Below, piece by piece: positions 39,409 to 48,756 of a DNA stretch of 64,000 nucleotides (its first letter is position 1; each line of letters begins with the position of its first letter). The DNA is taken from positions 23,906 through 87,905 of the forward strand of contig QKGM01000002.1 of assembly GCA_003250395.1 (NCBI GenBank), given 5' to 3'. The DNA comes from Bacteroidota bacterium. GTDB taxonomy: Bacteria; Bacteroidota; Bacteroidia; Bacteroidales; TTA-H9. Under the pieces are notes generated by a model. The model was not told the origin of the DNA, did no database searches, and worked only from the letters and a program-made list of their open reading frames with translations. The translations under genes were made by a program, and so were the position numbers.

Positions 39409-40287
39409 ATGAAACCAGTTAATTACGTTCTTGTTGTCGTTTTATGGATTGCCTCTGTTCCGGCGTTATTCTCACAGACATCTATTCAGCCCGATTCTAC
39501 CTGTGCCGGTAATTCAGGTGAAATTTACAAGGTTACTCTCACCTCTGGAAGTTCCTACGACTGGAGTGTAACTGGTACCGGGCATACGCTTCATTCTACC
39601 AATACCAATGAGATCACAATTGACTGGTCAGCCACAGCAGGGATCGATACTGTTAAGATTGTTGAGACTGACTTGAACGGTTGCCCGGGAGATATGGTTA
39701 AACTGGCTGTTGTACGAATCCCCGTCCCGATTGCCAATGCAGGTTCTGATGATACAATTTGTAGTAGTGGTAGCCTGACAATAGCCGGGGCAAATGCCCA
39801 AAACTATGAATCTCTTGTATGGAGTACTTCGGGCGACGGCATCTTTACAGATGGAAATACTCTCACACCTGTCTATACACCTGGTACCGGAGATATCGCG
39901 ACAGGTTCTGTCGATCTGACCCTCACCGCAAATCCAAATACCCCTTGCGCTACTCCTGCTACCGATGTAATGCGTTTGGTACTTATTCCTGCTGTTGTTG
40001 TCAATGCAGGTACCGATGATGCTTTGTGTTGGGATGAAACTGTTTTTATGGATGACCCTTCCGTTTCCAATTCGTCAACTTATACATGGACCACTTCCGG
40101 TGATGGTGCTTTTGATGATATTAACCTGTTAAATGTTACTTATAACCCGGGTGATACAGATAATAGTTCCGGGTCTGTTACCCTTACTTTGACTGCTACC
40201 GGGAACAAACACTGTCCTGATATTTCTGATACTAAGGTGTTGACGATACGACCTAAACCAGTTACAGGACCCATACTGCATTTCTAA
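39409..40287 (+). CDS. Secreted PKD-like/Ig-repeat protein (no T9SS CTD)
   Basis: Signal peptide MKPVNYVLVVVLW; PKD-like first domain; two NAG.DD..C...W.TSGDG.F.D...Y.PG..D...GSV.LTLTA repeats; ends KPVTGPILHF. Confidence 0.85.
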   Translation: MKPVNYVLVVVLWIASVPALFSQTSIQPDSTCAGNSGEIYKVTLTSGSSYDWSVTGTGHTLHSTNTNEITIDWSATAGIDTVKIVETDLNGCPGDMVKLAVVRIPVPIANAGSDDTICSSGSLTIAGANAQNYESLVWSTSGDGIFTDGNTLTPVYTPGTGDIATGSVDLTLTANPNTPCATPATDVMRLVLIPAVVVNAGTDDALCWDETVFMDDPSVSNSSTYTWTTSGDGAFDDINLLNVTYNPGDTDNSSGSVTLTLTATGNKHCPDISDTKVLTIRPKPVTGPILHF

Positions 40288-40379
40288 CAGGTATAATGAA
40301 ATTGGGTTGTTAAGGCTCAACCTGTATTCTGTGAAGCGGTGAATTCGTCATGTCTGACTTAGTGTCTGCTGACATAAAT

Positions 40380-40425
40380 GTAAAGCCCCTATTGCAGGAG
40401 GATGCAATGGGGCTTTACTGTTTTT
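40380..40425 (+). terminator. Intrinsic terminator between convergent genes
   Basis: GTAAAGCCCC-T-ATTGCA ... TGCAAT-GGGGCTTTAC followed by TGTTTTT. Confidence 0.75.
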
Positions 40426-40526
40426 ATGTATAAGTACGGAAAGCGATAGGATACCTGGGAATTGACCGAACCGGTGTATAAAACAATTTACAAATCCGGA
40501 AAGTAAATAGCCGTTCCTGAATTGAC

Positions 40527-41177
40527 CTATTTCATTTTTTTTGTCATTTCGGTGATAAGGTTATCACAACCATCAGCAATCTCGGTGATGCTACTGTTTA
40601 ACATATAACAGGGAGTTGTGAAAACATTGTTCTGTTCATCGATGATTACCTGGGTGGCAACAGTATGAATATGCTCTCCGCCCATTTCCCCGATATGTTT
40701 GGATGTAACTTCATCGTCACCAATTGTTACCTTTACAGGAGCAAGTAACCTGGTGATAAGAACCGGAGCAATGCACATAGCACCAATTGGTTTGCGTTCA
40801 TGATGCATGCGTTGTACAGCTTTGGATACCTGAGGGTGTACTATACATTCAGCCCCTTTAAAAGCATAATCACAAAGATTTTTAGCCACCCCGAAGCCAC
40901 CAGGGAATACCAAAGCATCAAATTCTTCTGATTTGAAGAGCGTCAAAGGTTTAATCTGGCCTCTGGCAATGCGGGATGATTCTATCAGAACATTTCTGGT
41001 TTCGTTCATCTCCTTGCCATCCAGATGATTAATTACATGTGCCTGATTAATATCAGGTGCAAAAAGCTGGTATGAACCATTATGTCTTTCAATGGCCAAA
41101 AGTGTAAGAACTGTTTCATGAATTTCAGCACCATCGTATACACCACATCCAGCAATGATTACAGCAAATCGTTTCAT
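40527..41177 (-). CDS. elbB: Glyoxalase ElbB (ES1/DJ-1-like)
   Basis: GCGVYDGAEIHE, RNVLIESSRIARG, PGGFGVAKNL, MCIAP and TTPCYM. Confidence 0.95.
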   Translation of the reverse strand: MKRFAVIIAGCGVYDGAEIHETVLTLLAIERHNGSYQLFAPDINQAHVINHLDGKEMNETRNVLIESSRIARGQIKPLTLFKSEEFDALVFPGGFGVAKNLCDYAFKGAECIVHPQVSKAVQRMHHERKPIGAMCIAPVLITRLLAPVKVTIGDDEVTSKHIGEMGGEHIHTVATQVIIDEQNNVFTTPCYMLNSSITEIADGCDNLITEMTKKMK

Positions 41178-41321
41178 AATGTGTCCAATTATTATTTGTT
41201 AAATACAAACTTAGTAATTTTTCCTGTGAGTGGATTCCTGCTTTCTTTCACCAGGCTGGCAATTTGGCTTGAAGATGCCTTTTTATTAATTTGGTCGTCC
41301 TTAATTACCCGCCCGACTGAA

Positions 41322-42203
41322 ATGAGTACCAATATACCTCAAAAGGGACAAAAGATAAAGTTAAAACTGATCAGGGAATCGGTTTTCCCTGATAATAGGG
41401 AGTATTATCTGCTTGTTGATGAGCATCAACAACGGTTTTTACTGCCGGCCGAATACTACCGGTCATATGGGTTGAAGCCCGGAACCAGGATTGACGCTGT
41501 TGTAGACCATGTAAATTGTAATGGACGTATTTTCCTTGAGCCTGAGCATCCCCGGTTTAAGACAGGATCGATGGCAAGATTCGGGATAAAGGTACTCTTT
41601 TCATCACCAGGTGGTTTTATGCCTTCTATTGTGACCGACGTAGATGGGTTAGAGTATAGTATTGTATTCCCTCCCGGGTCACCCCCGCCTGGAAGTGCTG
41701 TGTTGTTGAATATCAAATCGATCAGCAAGGGGATGGTTTACCCGGAATGGCCTGCAGCTTCATCCGGAAAGCTCAGGTCACCTGAACTGCCTGTAATGGT
41801 TGATTATCTGGGTACCTATTCCCTTCAAAATGATGAAAAATATCATTTACTTGTCTATGAACAGGTTCCTGCATTAATTAAGTCCAGCCTGTTTCCCTGG
41901 TTCAATCCATTACCCGGCCAAAAAGTAAAGTGCCTCCTCTATAATAACAAAAACGGTGTTTGGCGCGCCGAACCCGTAAATCCTTTCTATCCTTTCAGAG
42001 AAAAGAGAATCATGGAGGTAGTCAGGGCCTATTCGGTTGATGATTTATTACGTGGCATAAAGCAATGGCTGGATGTAAAGGATGAATCAGGACGTTTGCA
42101 TACAATACTGGTGGGTGCTGTCAGTCGTTATGAACCAGGGCAGAGTTACCCTTTTATTGTCTCAGGTTATCGTAAAGGGAGGATTGTCTGGGAAGAGATT
42201 TAA
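41322..42203 (+). CDS. Hypothetical protein with about 4 tandem S1/OB-fold-like beta modules
   Basis: Repeated pattern L.D..G..(F/Y/H)....PG..(I/V)...(V/I)....GRI..EP; no signal peptide. Start set at MSTNIP. Confidence 0.65.
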   Translation: MSTNIPQKGQKIKLKLIRESVFPDNREYYLLVDEHQQRFLLPAEYYRSYGLKPGTRIDAVVDHVNCNGRIFLEPEHPRFKTGSMARFGIKVLFSSPGGFMPSIVTDVDGLEYSIVFPPGSPPPGSAVLLNIKSISKGMVYPEWPAASSGKLRSPELPVMVDYLGTYSLQNDEKYHLLVYEQVPALIKSSLFPWFNPLPGQKVKCLLYNNKNGVWRAEPVNPFYPFREKRIMEVVRAYSVDDLLRGIKQWLDVKDESGRLHTILVGAVSRYEPGQSYPFIVSGYRKGRIVWEEI

Positions 42204-43253
42204 AAATTTTATTTGGAAACGGTTTTCATGTCAGATGTTGCTCTGCAATTCAGAATCAGCCTGGTATTCCCTTTCCTCCTCCGGTTGAATTCATTCGTCC
42301 CGGTTCGATTGAAATATTCCGGGTGCTGAATTGCTGAAATAATTTGGACAAACACCGGATCAGGCCATGCTGTCAACCTGAGAGAACTCTCCTTAAAGGT
42401 TCACTGAAATGAAGTTCAGTGATCCGATTGAAAACTTGATGACTATGTACCTCCAGCCTATAAAATAAAATAACACGGTCTGAGCGTTCCAAAACCTATA
42501 AATTCTCCCCGGTCTACAAAAGATTTATTTTATGATTCCAGGCGTTGGATTGTTTTCTTTGTTTTGGACAAAGCAGATCGTACAAATTTTTCCTTCTGAC
42601 GATGATTTTATAACTTTTTTCAAAAATTTTGACTGATAAACTGTCAGTAAGATCTGTTTTTGGTTCTGTTGATTATGAGGATTTTATAGGCAAGTTTTGC
42701 ATCGTGTTCATGTCAAATTAATACCAAAGATAGAGCAAAGATATGTTTTTGGTATGAAAGACCTATGTTTACAGTATTCTCCGGATATTTTACATATGTA
42801 TAAATTATGACTATGTTGAATTTTTGGCACAATTTTAGTTAGGAATTCATGTGTTCCAAATAGAACTTGTTAAAGACCTTTTATCGGCAATCGTGAGGAG
42901 AATGTCAGCTAGTATTATCCGCATAGGGAGATAGAGAATATAACCTTGTTTATAATCGTAAATGTTAACAGATTGCTATCCAGTTGTTTAGTTGATTAAT
43001 CTATAGTTAACTACACAATTTTCCACTGCGCAGAAACTTTTGGTACTACCATTTCAGAGTAAAGTTATAACTGTCAGCCCTGATGAAGAAGGTTCTTAAA
43101 GCCGCATCACATTGCTATAATTTTCATTCACCCGAAGGAGTATCAGTAATCTGGCCGGAAAAAGTTATTCTCCCTTTTTCTAAGATATATTTAGCCAATA
43201 CGTTGGGAATATAGTTTCGTTTTAATACTGAACGAAAGTTGTTGAATGGTATC

Positions 43254-43877
43254 TCAGAGAGGTGCCGGGTTCCCCGGGTTGATTGCAGAGCGGACTTCAG
43301 CACCAAGTTTAACTTTCTGGTAGCAACTTCTGCAAAGTGGCACGTAGGCGTCAGTTTCACCCAATAAAACCAGGCTATCTCCAGGGGCAGTACGGTGGGA
43401 GTAATGTGCAAGATTACCGCAACCCATGCAAATAGCATGAACCTTTGTAACGTATTCGGCCATAGCAAGCAGAGCAGGCATCGGGCCAAACGGTTTCCCA
43501 AGATAATCCATATCGAGGCCTGCAATAATAACTCTTACACCCTGGGAGGCAAGCTGATTACAAACGGCCGGTAGTTCACCGTCAAAGAACTGAGCTTCAT
43601 CAATCCCAACGACATCAACTGCAGTAGCCAGCAACAGGATATGGGTGGCACTTCCAACAGGCGTGGAGGCAATGGCATTGGCATTGTGAGAAACAACGTT
43701 TTGATCATCGTAGCGGGTATCGATCTGTGGCTTGAAAATCTCTACCCTTTGCCGGGCTATCCTGGCTCGTTGAAGGCGCCTGATCAGTTCCTCGGTTTTA
43801 CCCGAGAACATCGAACCGCAGATCACCTCAATCCAACCTGACCTACCCGACCCGTTTGATGTATTTTCCAGAAACAT
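43254..43877 (-). CDS. tdk: Thymidine kinase
   Basis: [30 protein letters not shown] and the Zn motif C..CG...Y.PLCRSC. Confidence 0.97.
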   Translation of the reverse strand: MFLENTSNGSGRSGWIEVICGSMFSGKTEELIRRLQRARIARQRVEIFKPQIDTRYDDQNVVSHNANAIASTPVGSATHILLLATAVDVVGIDEAQFFDGELPAVCNQLASQGVRVIIAGLDMDYLGKPFGPMPALLAMAEYVTKVHAICMGCGNLAHYSHRTAPGDSLVLLGETDAYVPLCRSCYQKVKLGAEVRSAINPGNPAPL

Positions 43878-44031
43878 GATGATGGTTTGATGGGACTTTT
43901 GTAATTTTATCGTGACAAAGTCGTTTATGCAAACATACAGAATTTCTGGTCTCGAACTGTAGGACGTGATCTGGAAGAGCGACGCCAGTCGATAGAAACT
44001 AACTGAAAAATCTCATTGTCAGCCTTACTAT

Positions 44032-45099
44032 ATGGAACAAAAAGATATTCACGAAATGATTGCCATGCTCATGGAATCACTAAAGGAGCAAACGCAGACT
44101 ATTGCCGGGTACGAAGGGCGGATACCCCAGATTGAGCTTGATATTGTGATGTCAAGCCTCAGAAAGGTATATGATTATTGCTCTAAATTAAATATGATTA
44201 ACCAGGGCCTTGGAATGATTCGTATTGAAAATGAGATTTCGAAGATTACCCCTGCAACAAATGAGATCGCTCCGGCTTCAAATCTTCCGGATGACTTACC
44301 AGCTAATGATATTCAACCTGTCTTTAAGCCGGTGATTGATACTCAGGAGCAACCGATAGTAAAGGCAAATGAAACAACACCTGAAGCAAAATCTGATTTG
44401 AGCCCTGATGTTGAATCAGATGCACTAAAAGAAAGCAGTGAATCTGCTGCTTCTGAACTATCTGTAAAATCTGGTATTATTCGGCCTGAAGAAGAAGAGA
44501 TTCCTGCAATCCAAGAGGTTAAAGGTATACAGCCTTCACCCGGTGATCAACTCCCGGGAATGGAGATTGATTCACAGTTCAGCGAGACTATATCATCTTC
44601 TGTATCTTCTTTTCCCCATCCCGCTAAACAGAGCCATGAGCCTGATAAAGGTAATTTGCTCTTTTCATTTGAGCCTGTTCCGGCTGCGCCACAAAAAAAA
44701 CAGGAAGGGAAACATGAAAAAATCTATAATTCGGATTTATTTAATACAGGAACACCAACCTTGGGGGAATCGCTTGTATCTGGGCAAAAACCTTCATTGG
44801 CTGATAAGCTTTCTGATCAGCATCAGGCAGATCAGAACCTGGCTTCAATACTCAGCCAGAAGAATATAGCTGATATGAAAGAGGCGATAGGGATCAACGA
44901 TAAATTTTTATTGATCAATGAGTTGTTTAAAGGTAACCAGCATCATTATACTCAGGCGCTTCATTTCCTGAACAATGCTGAATCTTATGATGAGGCAATG
45001 GGAATGTTCTCCCGAATGTTTTCCGAGTTGAAGTGGAAAGAGGATTCCAAGGCGGTGGAAAAACTCCGGTCGCTTATATCCAGACGTCACGGAATGTAG
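44032..45099 (+). CDS. Conserved Bacteroidota hypothetical protein (helical N-terminus, acidic/Pro-rich linker, conserved C-terminal domain)
   Basis: Long clean ORF; C-terminal DMKEAIGINDKFLLINELFKGN...Y...L..LN domain after a low-complexity middle. Confidence 0.75.
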   Translation: MEQKDIHEMIAMLMESLKEQTQTIAGYEGRIPQIELDIVMSSLRKVYDYCSKLNMINQGLGMIRIENEISKITPATNEIAPASNLPDDLPANDIQPVFKPVIDTQEQPIVKANETTPEAKSDLSPDVESDALKESSESAASELSVKSGIIRPEEEEIPAIQEVKGIQPSPGDQLPGMEIDSQFSETISSSVSSFPHPAKQSHEPDKGNLLFSFEPVPAAPQKKQEGKHEKIYNSDLFNTGTPTLGESLVSGQKPSLADKLSDQHQADQNLASILSQKNIADMKEAIGINDKFLLINELFKGNQHHYTQALHFLNNAESYDEAMGMFSRMFSELKWKEDSKAVEKLRSLISRRHGM

Positions 45100-45108
45100 C
45101 AATAACCG

Positions 45109-45471
45109 TCAATCCTTTAATTTTTGTTTTTGTGGTTGGTACACGATAACATTCACCTTTTCCGTGGTGATCATGCCGCCAAAAGTTGAGTTTTGGAGAT
45201 GATGTTGAATGGCATCAACAAACTGGTCTATTTTTTCTGCTTCATCAACGATCTCGATCACCATGGGCAAATCACTGCTCAGGGTTAGTAGCTTGGCAGA
45301 GTGTACACGGCTGTTGGCACCAAATCCCATTACTCCCTGCAATACAGTAGCCCCGGCAAGTCCTGCTCTTTTCGCGGAGTAAACTATAAATTCATATAGA
45401 GGTGTTTGCCCTGCTTTGTCTTGTGAGCCGGTAAAGATGCGCAGTAATTTTGCTTCACCTGAAAGAGTCAT
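45109..45471 (-). CDS. DUF190 (PII-like) protein
   Basis: LLRIF, GLAGATVLQGVMGFG and LSSDLPMVIEIVD; commonly paired with crcB. Confidence 0.9.
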   Translation of the reverse strand: MTLSGEAKLLRIFTGSQDKAGQTPLYEFIVYSAKRAGLAGATVLQGVMGFGANSRVHSAKLLTLSSDLPMVIEIVDEAEKIDQFVDAIQHHLQNSTFGGMITTEKVNVIVYQPQKQKLKD

Positions 45472-45476
45472 GATTA

Positions 45477-45854
45477 TCAAATTATGCGGGTGAGGTAATA
45501 TCCCATAACAACGGCGAAAAGCCCTAACAGAAGGCTCCCACCGGTATAAAGCAGAAAATGTGCTATCTGCCCGTCGCGCATCAACATGAGGTTGTCGAGC
45601 GTGAAAGTGCTAAAGGTGGTAAATCCACCGCAAAAACCTACAGCAAGAAACATCTTCCAGTCTGCACTCAGAAGAACACCCTTCTCGGCAAACCCAAAGA
45701 TAACTCCAATGAGAAATGATCCCAGAGTATTAACGCTCAGGGTTCCTACTGGAAAATTGGTAAAAAAGTATTGTTGCAGACCGACAGACATCAGATACCG
45801 GCTTACACTCCCCAGGAATCCCCCAAGGCCAATAAAGATGAGTGTCCTTATCAT
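45477..45854 (-). CDS. crcB: Fluoride efflux channel Fluc/CrcB
   Basis: GGFLGSVSRY, FPVGTLSVNTLGSFLIG and GFCGGFTTFSTF. Confidence 0.96.
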   Translation of the reverse strand: MIRTLIFIGLGGFLGSVSRYLMSVGLQQYFFTNFPVGTLSVNTLGSFLIGVIFGFAEKGVLLSADWKMFLAVGFCGGFTTFSTFTLDNLMLMRDGQIAHFLLYTGGSLLLGLFAVVMGYYLTRII

Positions 45855-46162
45855 TCTGTATGTTTCATTTTACAAATTTAATGCGAACTTATGTTTTTTA
45901 ATTCATATTACTCGATTTATTATGAAGATGGTAAACCGGATTCAGCCAACAGATATGTGTTTTTTCATTTTAAGATTTTTCCTTTGTCTCATAATTTGGT
46001 TACTGCCCTTACTGCTATACTGGTCAAATAATGATGGTTTTTGAACACCCTGAAGCGTACTCTGAAGGCTAAAAAAATTTGCAGTGATAAACCTTTTGAT
46101 TTTAATTATCGTCTTGTTACTTTAAAGGTTATAATCCTTTGTTTTATGATAAATACTTTAGG

Positions 46163-47329
46163 ATGAAGCGGGTATTAGTCTTCTTCTGTTTTATGGTTTT
46201 GTTTGGCAATGCTGTTGTGGCTCAATGGCAGATGACTTCATTTGTCAACGGGCGAATGGTACAGACACTTGTTGAGCATCATGGAGTTTTATTTGCAGGA
46301 ACGGAAGGAGGCGGTGTTTTTTCATCAGCTGATGAGGGACTTAACTGGACTCATCTATCAAACAACCTTTTGTTGAATGACGTTAAATGGTTGGCTTCTT
46401 TTGGTAATGTATTGATGGTGGCCGGTAGTTATGCTACACCGGTCTATTCAGTTGATAATGGGGTGACTTGGGGCTCTGCAGATTATGGGCTTGGAGGTGT
46501 TGATATTGATATTGTTGCCTCAACCTGTGATGGTATTCTGGCAGGAGTTCTCGGACAATTGATGCGATTCGATACGATTTCCTGCAGTTGGAAGGTTTTT
46601 AGCTCCACACCAATAAATACTAAAATTGTAGCCCTTGATTGTAATTATCCGTTTTTTTTTGCTGGTACAAGCTGGTATGGGCTGTATGTTTCGCCAACCT
46701 GGGGAGGTTTTTGGGTTAAATCTGAAGTTTCAGGAGATTTAGATCCCACAGTGACGGGTTTTGCCCGGGTTGGTGATGAGATGTTTTGTGGCTCAGTTGC
46801 CGAAGGACTCTTCAAATCATCAGATTTTGGCAACCATTGGGCTTCTCTTGATGCCCTTCAGTCGGATGTCCCAATTTCTATTGTTTCGAGCGATAATCTT
46901 TTGGTTGCTTCAACTGTCTCAGGAGTTCAATATTCAACTGATCTGGGAAATACATGGGTTCAGTGGAATGAAGGACTTGTCATGCCTCTGACAAAGTGGG
47001 GAGAAGCTCCCTCGCTGCTGGTTACTGCTGGTTACCTTATCATGGCAGGAAACAGCATCTGGAGGAGGCCGCTGAGTGATATCACCTCTACTTACGAACA
47101 ACCAGGCAGGACTGTCAGATGCTATCCAAATCCGGCAAGCGGTCTAATTGAATTCCAGGGATGTATTACAGATGCAGATATTACGATACTTGCAGCGGAT
47201 GGTAGTATCGCGGCAGTTGGTCAATTGGAAAACCACCAATTTGATATCAGTTACCTGCCACAGGGATTTTACCTTTGCCGATTGTCAACTGGCGATAGTG
47301 TTATGACAACATGGGTGTTAAAACAGTAA
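46163..47329 (+). CDS. T9SS type-A CTD cargo protein with BNR/Asp-box beta-propeller
   Basis: Signal peptide; Asp-box repeats SADEGLNW, SVDNGVTW, SSDFGNHW and STDLGNTW; CTD YPNPAS...DISYLPQGFYL. Confidence 0.88.
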   Translation: MKRVLVFFCFMVLFGNAVVAQWQMTSFVNGRMVQTLVEHHGVLFAGTEGGGVFSSADEGLNWTHLSNNLLLNDVKWLASFGNVLMVAGSYATPVYSVDNGVTWGSADYGLGGVDIDIVASTCDGILAGVLGQLMRFDTISCSWKVFSSTPINTKIVALDCNYPFFFAGTSWYGLYVSPTWGGFWVKSEVSGDLDPTVTGFARVGDEMFCGSVAEGLFKSSDFGNHWASLDALQSDVPISIVSSDNLLVASTVSGVQYSTDLGNTWVQWNEGLVMPLTKWGEAPSLLVTAGYLIMAGNSIWRRPLSDITSTYEQPGRTVRCYPNPASGLIEFQGCITDADITILAADGSIAAVGQLENHQFDISYLPQGFYLCRLSTGDSVMTTWVLKQ

Positions 47330-47417
47330 ATCAGGTGGTATATAGACCCTGGTAAACTCCTGTAGTGTTATTAATACCTAAATCTCTACCTTTACAAAAG
47401 GTTTTCTCTTCTTATCT

Positions 47418-48671
47418 ATGCGAATTCTTCACACTTCCGACTGGCATCTTGGAAAGCGGCTTGGACAATTCAGCCGGCTTCAGGAGCAAAGAGTTGTATT
47501 AGCCGAGATGATCCGTCATGTCAATGAGGTACAAGCGGATGTAGTTATTATTTCCGGTGACCTGTGGGATGCTTTCAACCCTTCTGCTGATGCTTCCGAG
47601 CTACTATACTGCACGCTTAAAGAATTGACCGGTAAAGGGCAAAGACTGGTTGTAGCTATTGCCGGAAACCATGATGCTCCTGAAAGGGTAGAAGCTCCGG
47701 AAATGTTGGCCCGTGAATGTGGTATCCTGCTTTGTGGTTACCCCTTTACCCGACCGTCATCGTTTCACCTTGCTGGAGGAGCTGCGATAACAGTAACTGC
47801 ACCAGGTTTTGCAGAGTTAATTATTCCCAGATATAATTACCCGCTGAGATTATTGTTGACGCCTTATGCAAATGAGTATCGAATGCGACAGTTTTTGGGG
47901 ATTAATGCCACAGACGGGCTGAGGGATGCCCTACAAAAGCATTGGCAGATGACGGTTGATAAATATTGCAGTTCTAGAGGGGTGAATGTACTCGTAAGTC
48001 ATCTTTTTATGACCGATGGCAAAATTGTTCGGCCTGAAGAACCGCTTGATGAAGCCCGGCCAATTGTAACGGTTGGAGGTGCAGGGGAGATGTTTGCCTC
48101 GATGGTTCCGGCAGGGGTTCAGTATGTTGCCATGGGGCACCTGCATCGTCACATTATTACAGCAACGGACCCAATACCCGTTGTTTATCCGGGTAGTATT
48201 CTGCAATATTCATTCTCAGAAGCAGGACAACCAAAATATGTAGAGGTGGTTGATATTGAGCCAGGGAAACCCGCACAACATAAAGCGATAGAGTTGAAAG
48301 GAATTTGGCCTCTTATCAAGTACAGGGCTGAATCGACTGAAGCTGCCATTCAATGGCTGTTATGTCAGCCGAAGGAAGCTTATGTGGAGTTAACAATTTT
48401 GACCCCCGATTTTTTAAGTGCTGAATATGTAAAGGCTGTTCACTCTGCTCACCCTGGAGTAGTACAATTAATTCCGCTAAGGGAACATATATCATCTGAT
48501 GAACCGGGACGCCATCCGTTATTACCGGATCCAGGCAAGGAGATTACTCAGTTGTTTGTTGAATACTTTGAAAGCCGGTATGGTGTTATGCCGGATAAGG
48601 ATACAATGGCTTTATTTGAGGAGGTGATTGGTGGAAGTACAACAGATGAGAACGAAATCCTTTCTGATTAA
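47418..48671 (+). CDS. sbcD: Exonuclease SbcCD subunit D
   Basis: HTSDWHLG, SGDLWD, AGNHD, YVAMGHLH and YPGSILQYSFSE. Confidence 0.93.
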   Translation: MRILHTSDWHLGKRLGQFSRLQEQRVVLAEMIRHVNEVQADVVIISGDLWDAFNPSADASELLYCTLKELTGKGQRLVVAIAGNHDAPERVEAPEMLARECGILLCGYPFTRPSSFHLAGGAAITVTAPGFAELIIPRYNYPLRLLLTPYANEYRMRQFLGINATDGLRDALQKHWQMTVDKYCSSRGVNVLVSHLFMTDGKIVRPEEPLDEARPIVTVGGAGEMFASMVPAGVQYVAMGHLHRHIITATDPIPVVYPGSILQYSFSEAGQPKYVEVVDIEPGKPAQHKAIELKGIWPLIKYRAESTEAAIQWLLCQPKEAYVELTILTPDFLSAEYVKAVHSAHPGVVQLIPLREHISSDEPGRHPLLPDPGKEITQLFVEYFESRYGVMPDKDTMALFEEVIGGSTTDENEILSD

Positions 48672-48756
48672 CCATGATTAGATTCAGACTTGGAATTGCA
48701 TAAAAGGCGGAACCCCGGGGGCTCCTCCTTTCTAATGAAGTTTGGGAAGAATTATA

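Noticed and set aside
38084-40287. Single large adhesin split by a frameshift (pseudogene)
   Set aside because: Each ORF has its own signal peptide and both end in the same C-terminal motif, indicating two intact genes.
42793-42821. dif-like sequence CATATGTATAA-ATTATGA-CTATGTTGAAT
   Set aside because: The XerD-like arm has two mismatches and the spacer would be 7 nt rather than 6; plausible by chance in AT-rich DNA.
43070-43145. CTGATGA resembling a hammerhead ribozyme core
   Set aside because: No stem II followed by GAAA and no matching GUH junction.
45855-46140. Possible fluoride riboswitch upstream of crcB
   Set aside because: No GGnGATGGnGTTCnCC...GCTnATGAC pattern found on the minus strand.
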